Source: a virus
Taxonomy: Duplodnaviria; Caudoviricetes
Length of the DNA: 64,000 nucleotides
Strand: one strand, 5' to 3'
Virus record (IMG/VR): IMGVR_UViG_3300037313_000492
Location: 1,058 to 65,057 of that record
The notes under the pieces were generated by a model that saw nothing but the letters and a program-made list of their open reading frames with translations, made no database searches and was not told where the DNA came from. Below, one piece after another: positions 56,699 through 64,000 of this stretch. How positions within the stretch are numbered: the stretch's first letter is position 1; every line of letters starts with the position of its first letter. The translations under genes and the position numbers were made by a program.

Positions 56699-58504
56699 AT
56701 GAGCCTCACAATCGCAGACATCAGAGCGGCTTACGAGAGCACTTCAGACAGAAGAGAAGGAATCGTTTTAGCTGCTAGGCTCCTGAAGCCGGACGTTGAA
56801 AGCGAAGCTGAAGCCGAACTGGTTATCCGATTGCAACTTCATACCCTGCTAGAGAAGGGGAAATATGCGTCATCAGGTCTTCTGAATTGGGGTGCAAGGC
56901 GATGGAATTCGACGGCAAGAAGCGTTTCGCTTATCCAGCAATTTTACATGGAGACGGCGAAGGGAATCATTATCGGCTCGGGTTCATCCGGTAAGAGCTA
57001 TGTACTGATTGGAATGACGTACCTAGACTGGATTCGAGACCCGCAATGGACAAGCGTAAAGGTAATTTCCACTACGGCAGGCCATGCTCGAAGCAATACA
57101 TTCTCAACGCTGGTTGATTTCCACAACAACGCCATTATCCCGATGCCAGGAAGCCAGCTAGAGGGCTTTATCGGGTTGGACTCAACTGGAGACCGCCGAG
57201 CCTCAATTCAGGCCCTAGCAATCCCGCAGGGCGACGACGGCAAGGGGAGGTTGCAAGGATTCCATCCGGTGCCTCGTCCGGATTCTCACCCGGTATTCGG
57301 TGACATGAGCCGGATACGGGCGATTCTGGACGAGGCCGAGGAGGTTCCTGAAGGGGTATGGGTTGGTATTGGGAACCTACTGGGATCGGCGCATGGAATT
57401 GAAACCATCAAGGTGATGTGCGCCACGAACCCCCGCGACGTTTCAAGCCAGCTCGCAATGAACGCGGAGCCAGTAGGCGGATGGGAAACCATCGACTTGG
57501 ACCGGGATGAACGATGGAACTCCAAAGAGAAGTGGGACGTGCTGAGAATCGACGCTGCCCAGAGCGAAAACGTCAAAACCGGAAAGCTGATCTATCCCGG
57601 CATGATGACCAAGGATGGATACGACAATTACCTCTATATGAACGGAGGTAATTCGCCTCAATACTACTCGTTCGCCAGGGGTATTTATCCTCCGCAGGGG
57701 GCCAATGACACGATCATCAGCGGGGAGTTGATCACGCGATCCAGGGGCGAGTTTTTGTTCACGGGAAGGCCGCAACAAGCCAGCGGGACAGATATTGCCG
57801 TAGATGGCCGGGATAAAGCGATTCTGGCCTATGCGCGATTCGGAATGGCGGATTCGTTCCGGGATTTGCAGGGCAACATAACACGATTCACCCCTCGATT
57901 CGTTGTCCAGCTAGATCACCTTCAAGAGATGCGCAAGGGTGAGACCAAAATCGTAGGCGACGATATCATCCGATTCAACAAAGAGATGAGGATCGAACCT
58001 CGCTGGTGCGGAGTGGACCGAACCGGAAATGGTGCAAGCGTTCACGACTACATGAGGGCCGTATGGGATAGGGATGTTTACGGATTGGATTTCAGCTCAA
58101 AGGCCAGCGACAAGAAAATCTTGATGGAGGACAAAGACACCCCGGAAGAGGAATACGAGGGCGTAATTACCGAGGTATGGTTTTCTCTTCGCCGGTACAT
58201 GGAGGCTAGATGCTTTGGGATTGGCCCGGGAGTGGTCATGGAGCCAATGCGCAGGCAGATGACGGGGAGAAAGTACATCCCGGGAGAAGGCAAAAAGATT
58301 CGCGTCGAAAAGAAAGACGACTACAAGAAAAGAAACAGGGGATTGTCGCCGGATGAAATCGATGCCGTAACAATCCTTTTACACACCATCCGAATGCAGG
58401 GAGGCGACACGCCGAGCATGACGGAAGAAGTGCGCAGAGAATATACAATGGTCCCTGATCCAAGCCACGGGATAGTGGATTCTATTAAGTTTGTAGAAAT
58501 ATAA
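56699..58504 (+). CDS. terL: terminase large subunit
   Basis: Walker A GSGSSGKS, Walker B AILDEAEE, ATNP coupling motif, nuclease GTDIA-x-DG-x-D, VDRTG-x-G, SPDEIDA. Confidence 0.88.
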   Translation: MSLTIADIRAAYESTSDRREGIVLAARLLKPDVESEAEAELVIRLQLHTLLEKGKYASSGLLNWGARRWNSTARSVSLIQQFYMETAKGIIIGSGSSGKSYVLIGMTYLDWIRDPQWTSVKVISTTAGHARSNTFSTLVDFHNNAIIPMPGSQLEGFIGLDSTGDRRASIQALAIPQGDDGKGRLQGFHPVPRPDSHPVFGDMSRIRAILDEAEEVPEGVWVGIGNLLGSAHGIETIKVMCATNPRDVSSQLAMNAEPVGGWETIDLDRDERWNSKEKWDVLRIDAAQSENVKTGKLIYPGMMTKDGYDNYLYMNGGNSPQYYSFARGIYPPQGANDTIISGELITRSRGEFLFTGRPQQASGTDIAVDGRDKAILAYARFGMADSFRDLQGNITRFTPRFVVQLDHLQEMRKGETKIVGDDIIRFNKEMRIEPRWCGVDRTGNGASVHDYMRAVWDRDVYGLDFSSKASDKKILMEDKDTPEEEYEGVITEVWFSLRRYMEARCFGIGPGVVMEPMRRQMTGRKYIPGEGKKIRVEKKDDYKKRNRGLSPDEIDAVTILLHTIRMQGGDTPSMTEEVRREYTMVPDPSHGIVDSIKFVEI

Positions 58505-58511
58505 AACCTTT

Positions 58512-58970
58512 ATGAGCCTAAACCGCTACGAGTGCATAGGAAACCTAACCCGAGACGTTGAACTCCGCTATACCCCAAAGGGAACCGCCGTGGCGGAAGT
58601 CGGCATCGCCGTAAACCGGAAATACACAGTGGAAGGCGAGAAACGCGAAGAGGTCGTTTTTCTCGAGTTCTCTTATTTCGGCAAGACCGCAGAGAACATC
58701 GCAGAATACCTCAAGAAAGGCAGCAAGGCGTTTTTTGTTGGCCGTCTGGGCCTTGACCAATGGGAAGATAAGCAGACCGGACAGAAGCGCAGCAAGATCA
58801 AGATCATCGGGGAGGAGATCGAATTCCTCGGCTCTCGCCAGAGTTCCGATGAAGACCGATCACAGCGTCCCGCAAGCGGATCGCGACAGGATCAGCGCAG
58901 ACCATCCGGTCCACCCAAGCCGCCACGCGATCCGGACCTTGATACGGAGGAAGATGACATTCCGTTTTAG
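58512..58970 (+). CDS. ssb: single-stranded DNA-binding protein
   Basis: GNLTRDVELRYTP-x-G, AEYLKKGS, W-x-DK-x-TGQKRSK, acidic DDIPF tail. Confidence 0.97.
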   Translation: MSLNRYECIGNLTRDVELRYTPKGTAVAEVGIAVNRKYTVEGEKREEVVFLEFSYFGKTAENIAEYLKKGSKAFFVGRLGLDQWEDKQTGQKRSKIKIIGEEIEFLGSRQSSDEDRSQRPASGSRQDQRRPSGPPKPPRDPDLDTEEDDIPF

Positions 58971-58982
58971 CCATAATGGGAT

Positions 58983-59010
58983 TTGACATTGCAACGCGAT
59001 GCGATAAAAC
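58983..59010 (+). promoter_or_regulatory. promoter with operator, copy 5
   Basis: TTGACA followed by ATTGCAACGCGATGCGAT (58988-59005); ATG at 59021. Confidence 0.7.
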
Positions 59011-59020
59011 ACCAGATTAC

Positions 59021-60430
59021 ATGAGCAAAGCATACGAAGCCTTCATTCAATCGAAGGCGTTGAGCGATAAACCCACGGGAATGCTGGATGTTCCCGAATT
59101 GAACCCCGGACTATTCCCATTCCAGTCTGATCTGGTTCGATGGGCATTAAGGCGTGGAAGGGCGGCGATATTCGCGGGAACCGGACTCGGGAAAACTTTC
59201 ATGCAATCGGAATGGGCACATCGAGTGCATGAGTTTACCGGAGGGATGATTCTGATTCTGGCTCCTTTGGCCGTAGCCGCGCAAACGGTGGATGAGGCGT
59301 CCAAGTTCGGGATTGAGATCAAGCTCGTTTCGCAGCAATCGGAATGCTCTGGGCCGGGAATATACATCACGAACTATCAGAAAATCCATCACTTCGATAC
59401 TGACGAATTTATCGGCGTGGTTCTGGATGAATCTTCGTGCCTGAAAGACGAGACAGCCAAGACGCGAACCCTCCTAATTAACCTTTTCCGAAGCACTCCG
59501 TGGAAGTTGTGCTGTACGGCAACGCCAGCTCCAAACGATTACATGGAACTTGGCAATCACTCTGAATTCTTGGGGGTGATGACACAGACGGAAATGCTTT
59601 CCATGTTCTTTGTCCATGACGGTGGAGAAACCCAATCATGGAGGCTTAAGGGGCATGCCGAAAAGGCGTTCTGGGCGTGGATGTCGTCATGGTCTGCATG
59701 CATCAATAAGCCGTCCGATTTGGGCTACGACGATGGCGATTTTCAGCTCCCGGAATTGCGCTACGAGACAATCATCGTAAAGAATGACGGAAAAGCCCCA
59801 GAAGGGGAGCTATTCGCGTTGAATGCTCAATCTCTGGAGGATCAGCGTAGGGCCAGAAAGACGAGTCTTGACGCAAGATGCAAGGCGGCTTCGGAAGTCG
59901 TCAATTCGACCGACGATGCGTTTCTGATCTGGTGCGACTTGAACGACGAAAGCGAACTCTTGGCGAAATCAATCAACGGGGCTATAGAAGTAACGGGATC
60001 AGATTCCGACGATCACAAAGAGCAATCCATGCTCGGATTCGCGAAAGGCGATGTTCGGCGACTCGTTTCCAAACCATCCATCTGTGGATCTGGAATGAAT
60101 TTCCAGGCATGCAGTCGATCAATATTCGTTGGCGTGACTCATTCATTCGAGCGGTTCTTTCAAGCAGTGCGGCGAATCTGGCGGTTTGGCCAGAAGAAAG
60201 AGTGCGTTGTCTACATCGTGATTTCGGATCAGGAAACCGCTGTTTTAGACAACCTGAAGCGCAAGGAGATTGAGGCTGCGAGGATGGCCGAAAACATGGT
60301 TGAGCACATGCGCGAATTGTCCCGAAAGGAAATCCAGCAATGCGGAAGGATAACGCTGGACTATAACCCCAAGAAACCCATCAAAATACCAGCATGGCTG
60401 AAAGAAAACGGCCATCTTATCGAAGCCTAA
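59021..60430 (+). CDS. SNF2/DEAD-like helicase
   Basis: FAGTGLGKT, LDESS, TATPAPND, F-x-GVTHSFE-x-FFQAVRR-x-WRFGQ. Confidence 0.9.
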   Translation: MSKAYEAFIQSKALSDKPTGMLDVPELNPGLFPFQSDLVRWALRRGRAAIFAGTGLGKTFMQSEWAHRVHEFTGGMILILAPLAVAAQTVDEASKFGIEIKLVSQQSECSGPGIYITNYQKIHHFDTDEFIGVVLDESSCLKDETAKTRTLLINLFRSTPWKLCCTATPAPNDYMELGNHSEFLGVMTQTEMLSMFFVHDGGETQSWRLKGHAEKAFWAWMSSWSACINKPSDLGYDDGDFQLPELRYETIIVKNDGKAPEGELFALNAQSLEDQRRARKTSLDARCKAASEVVNSTDDAFLIWCDLNDESELLAKSINGAIEVTGSDSDDHKEQSMLGFAKGDVRRLVSKPSICGSGMNFQACSRSIFVGVTHSFERFFQAVRRIWRFGQKKECVVYIVISDQETAVLDNLKRKEIEAARMAENMVEHMRELSRKEIQQCGRITLDYNPKKPIKIPAWLKENGHLIEA

Positions 60431-60433
60431 ATC

Positions 60434-61510
60434 ATGAGCATTAAAGTCTTAGACCAATCAGAAGGACATAACTGGAAGTCGTACCACGGCGATTGCGTGG
60501 AGGTTGTCCAAGCATTGCCAGACAACTCCATCCATTACTCGATCAGCTCGTTTCCATTCTCCAGCCTTTACACATACAGCGCGAGCGACAGGGACATGGG
60601 AAACTGCAAGGACGACGCCGAGTTCTACGAGCATTTCCAGTTCCTAATCAAGCATCTATACAGGGCCATGATGCCGGGACGTTGCCTGAGCTTCCATTGC
60701 ATGAACCTTCCAACCAGCAAGGCGCGAGACGGGTATATCGGAATCAAGGACTTCCGAGGTCAGCTCATACGGATGTTCTGCGGAGGCGAGGCAGAGGATT
60801 TGTATTTCTCTGTTCGCCACCTTCGCAGACGTTCACTGGAGGCAGTTGTCAACGGCGACAACAAGCGCGCCCAGAGGATGGAGGATTCGGCGTGCGCTAT
60901 TGAAGAAGAATTGCGGTCGTTTCCTGAGACATCTAATTTCATTTATCACTCGGAGGTTTGCATCTGGAAAGACCCCGTTACAGCGATGCAGCGCACAAAG
61001 GCAATCGGGCTGCTTCACAAGCAGGTCAAGAAGGATTCGTGCATTAGTCGTCAGGGCATCGCCGACTATCTCGTCACGGTGCGTAAACCAGGCGAAAACC
61101 CAGAGCCGGTAAGTGGCATGTTTGAGGATTTCAGCGGCGAGAACGGTCCATCTGGGGCAGTTCCAGGAACGGAGCGTTTCAGCATTGAGGTTTGGCAGCG
61201 TTACGCATCTCCGGTTTGGATGGACATCAACCCCAGCAACACGCTGCAATTCAAAAGCGCCCGCGAGGAATCGGATGAGCGCCACATCTGCCCGCTTCAG
61301 CTTCAAGTAATCGACCGTGGAATTGATCTATGGAGCAATCCCGGAGACATCGTATTCACTCCGTTCATGGGAATAGGATCGGAATGCCATGAGGCGATAA
61401 AGATGGGACGCAGAGCTGTCGGCGTGGAACTCAAGGAGTCCTACTACAGGCAGGCTGTTGAGAACCTGAAACGCGCAGAGTCCGAGATGTCGTCGCTTTC
61501 GCTGTTTTAG
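60434..61510 (+). CDS. DNA methyltransferase (N4-C/N6-A, permuted beta class)
   Basis: HGDCVE, SISSFPFSSLYTYS (SPPF-like), HICPLQL, FTPFMGIGSE, GVELKESYY. Confidence 0.88.
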   Translation: MSIKVLDQSEGHNWKSYHGDCVEVVQALPDNSIHYSISSFPFSSLYTYSASDRDMGNCKDDAEFYEHFQFLIKHLYRAMMPGRCLSFHCMNLPTSKARDGYIGIKDFRGQLIRMFCGGEAEDLYFSVRHLRRRSLEAVVNGDNKRAQRMEDSACAIEEELRSFPETSNFIYHSEVCIWKDPVTAMQRTKAIGLLHKQVKKDSCISRQGIADYLVTVRKPGENPEPVSGMFEDFSGENGPSGAVPGTERFSIEVWQRYASPVWMDINPSNTLQFKSAREESDERHICPLQLQVIDRGIDLWSNPGDIVFTPFMGIGSECHEAIKMGRRAVGVELKESYYRQAVENLKRAESEMSSLSLF

Positions 61511-61528
61511 AAAACTGAAAAAGCAATC

Positions 61529-61564
61529 AAGGCTCGCTTGGAATAAATCCGGCGAGCCTTTTTT
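61529..61564 (+). terminator. Rho-independent terminator
   Basis: AGGCTCGC/GCGAGCCT stem followed by TTTTT. Confidence 0.75.
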
Positions 61565-61565
61565 C

Positions 61566-61598
61566 TTGCATATCGCAACCCGTAGCGGTACGTAGGTT
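61566..61598 (+). promoter_or_regulatory. promoter with operator, copy 6
   Basis: TTGCAT followed by TATCGCAACCCGTAGCGGTA (61571-90), identical over 20 nt to copy 3. Confidence 0.7.
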
Positions 61599-61612
61599 CA
61601 AACCAAACAACC

Positions 61613-61966
61613 ATGATTGATCAAAAAACAGTATTCCAAGAATTCGCGCGTATCGGTGGCTCTTCCGGGCGAGGCGCGTGCAAGAAGCGAAACAACGCTA
61701 AGGAGGCATCCGAAACAGCGTCACGATGGAGGACGGTAGACGCCGACAACCGCAAGCAATACGGCAAGAATCCCGATTGCAAGGGCTACAACATCACCAC
61801 GAGCAGAGGAACCTTCTTCTGTTGGCACGTATCTGAGAAAAAGGCGTTGTCTCAGGTGAATGGTCGAAAGATCGCCGTTATCGATACGGACGACTTCACG
61901 CCGCGCGGGAACCCTCGGATCGGTTGCTGGCAGGTAATCGAAGGGGGATTTAAACGAATCGCGTAG
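61613..61966 (+). CDS. hypothetical protein
   Basis: 117-aa ORF after promoter copy 6; FARIGG-x2-G motif at the N-terminus. Confidence 0.55.
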   Translation: MIDQKTVFQEFARIGGSSGRGACKKRNNAKEASETASRWRTVDADNRKQYGKNPDCKGYNITTSRGTFFCWHVSEKKALSQVNGRKIAVIDTDDFTPRGNPRIGCWQVIEGGFKRIA

Positions 61967-61973
61967 ATTCTTA

Positions 61974-62006
61974 TTGCGCATCACAACGCGTTGCGGTAGA
62001 TATAAA
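61974..62006 (+). promoter_or_regulatory. promoter with operator, copy 7
   Basis: TTGCGC followed by ATCACAACGCGTTGCGGT (61980-97) and TAGATA. Confidence 0.6.
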
Positions 62007-62011
62007 GAATC

Positions 62012-63369
62012 ATGAGCATAACTGACCTTCACGAAAAAGAGTTCCGGGTTCTTGGAGCGGATGAAGAAGCCAAGCCTGGGGACATCGTTATCACCGGTTC
62101 TTTAGGCGCTCCATCACCAGAGTTATTAACAGAATCAGACGCGCATTGGGTGCGTCCCAAAAACCAGATTGTTTTACGCAGAATAAACCCCTCCTAACCA
62201 TGACAGACACACAGAAACCAAAACTTTATGTCCCGCGCCAAGGCGACGGGAAATGCAAAATCCCCAAAGGCTCAATAATACTGCCTGGAGTTTTCATCAA
62301 GGCAGCGATAGAGCAGACATCAAACGAAGGAACCACCTACCTAATACCCATCACCGCTGTTGAGCGGTGGGTGTTGCTGGAGAAGGGCGACGTTTTCCAA
62401 AGTGGAGATGAAGTTGTCTACTATGATAAACTTTCAGGAGAATGGACCACAAAGCCGACTCGCTATATAGGCGAAACGTTCACGGGTCGCATAGGGCAGG
62501 GCGAAGTCTACCGCCGCCGCCAACTCTTCCCCGACATCGACGCGCTTTTGCGGGAGCGGGATGAGGCGGCAGTCATACCTACTGGTCTAAGCACAGCTTG
62601 CACTGTTAAAGAGAGAGATGAGCTAATAAAGAAAATCGACTATCTCCAGTCCCAGCTTGAGAGCGTGACGAAGGAGAGGGATCACTGGAAGTCTCGCTTT
62701 GAGGATTTGGAAAAGGGTTTGGCCGAGCATCACGACGAACTCTGCAATCAGCGCGACGCCCTGCAAGCCAAGCTCACGGCAGCGGAGAGGGAAGTGGATA
62801 AACTCTGCGGGATTGTGATTCAGCATAAGCAAGAGCGGTCCGAACAGGAATTGAAAGCCGTTCACGCAGAGGCGAGGGTGAAGGAGTTGGATAGGACTGT
62901 CTCAGAAAGAGAAAGCAGTTACAGGGTTCTAATGGAAAAGCATGAGACCCTCCGCGCCGAGCACGAGAAGGCGAAGGTCGAACGCGATGAGTTTATCGAC
63001 GCTCACGAAAAAGCCATCAACGAGTGCATGAGGTTACAGCACGAACTCGACACCCTGAAATCCTCCCTCCGCTGGATTCCGGTGTCAGAGCGTATGCCGA
63101 CGCAGGAGGATGCACGGCGAATAATGGACGGATTGCTTAGGGTTGAAGCGTTCAACTCAAACAACGGAATGAGAGGATATGTTCACTTGGACACATTCTT
63201 GGAAGAAGGATGCAAGTGGACCCACTTCCGAACCCCGACAGCAGGCCCCGAACCCGCCAAGACCGAGGCGCAGAGGATCGCGGAGGAGATAACTAAAGAT
63301 CACGGTATAACGATGGATACCGAAGACCTGCGTATTATTGAATTAACTCTGGAGGCTATGAAGAAATGA
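62012..63369 (+). CDS. small gene (62012-62197) and a coiled-coil protein with a WIPVSERMP (DUF551-like) motif (~62200-63369)
   Basis: long heptad region followed by LRWIPVSERMP. Confidence 0.6.
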
Positions 63370-63514
63370 AAATCACCCCCATGTTTGCTTGGTATGATTT
63401 TTGGGTTGGACTGTTTTGGGATTCAAAGAAGCGTATCCTCTATGTATTTCCGGTTCCAATGTTCGGAATACGAGTCGAGTTCACGCAGAACTACCTGGCG
63501 AAGAAGGAGGCGAA

Positions 63515-63871
63515 ATGAATATTCAATCTATCAATCCATACTATTCCCCTGAATTACTCGAATTGGATATGATCTCATTTGATCAGCCGGATTTGAGCTA
63601 TGAGTATAATACTCTCTGCTTCTGGGCCACAAAAGATGGTCGGGTGTTCTATGCTACAGATAGCGGTTGCTCATGCCCGACTCCATTCGAGGACTATGAA
63701 GGCCAAACAACCGATCAGGTGATTCAAATCCTGGAGCGTGTTGGCTCGGTCGAACAAGCCGAAAAGATTTTTAATTCGTGGAACGAAGGATACGGCGATG
63801 GTGAATTTCTAACGGCATCAGATCGACGCGCATGTTGTGCGTGGGTAAGTGCACACCTTAAAAACGCATGA
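63515..63871 (+). CDS. hypothetical protein
   Basis: likely starts at MNIQS; SYEY...DSGCSCPTPFE motif. Confidence 0.55.
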   Translation: MNIQSINPYYSPELLELDMISFDQPDLSYEYNTLCFWATKDGRVFYATDSGCSCPTPFEDYEGQTTDQVIQILERVGSVEQAEKIFNSWNEGYGDGEFLTASDRRACCAWVSAHLKNA

Positions 63872-64000
63872 CCCCCGAAGAACTAGACAGGCTGGAGAGT
63901 CTGGCTAAAAGTGCTACTCAGGGAATTTGGAAAACCTGGGGAATGCAGGTTTATTCCGATCAAGTTGGAAACAGCAACTTAGATGACGCGAAGCTGGTTG

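Noticed and set aside
1-64000. Integrase, attachment site, transposase, retron/RT or DGR
   Set aside because: No tyrosine/serine recombinase, DDE or reverse-transcriptase motifs, and no TR/VR pair, were recognised.

Overview
The whole 64 kb looks like a contiguous segment of a dsDNA tailed-phage genome, podovirus-like by gene content. I found no host housekeeping genes, integrase or CRISPR array. Genes are almost all on the + strand. Layout: small early genes (0-4.3 kb); portal and scaffold (5.2-10.5 kb); an accessory block with five glycosyltransferase-like genes, a MazG-like gene and Zn-finger genes (10.5-19 kb); major capsid, tailspike, lysis and tail genes (20-31.5 kb); DNA-ejection proteins ending in a 1799-aa polyvalent protein with a zincin motif and two ART-like domains (31.5-44.5 kb); and a recombination/replication block with RecT-like, RusA, initiator, DnaB, beta clamp, TerL, SSB, SNF2 helicase and MTase genes (45.7-61.5 kb). 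The most unusual region is a 4.3-kb island inside the ejection module. It holds a YcaO-TfuA thioamidation pair, three tandem Y-RNA-like RNAs and a Ro60/Rsr (TROVE) gene. Each RNA carries an anticodon-like hairpin (UAU, GUG, CAU), and one is a complete circularly permuted tRNA. Other highlights: a shared F-x-R-T-Y-[AG] N-terminal leader on portal, scaffold and capsid; in-frame FMP repeats at the domain boundaries of the polyvalent protein; a seven-copy palindromic operator inside sigma70-like promoters; and two more tRNA-shaped intergenic RNAs. All protein calls come from motif recognition and synteny by eye; no database search was run.
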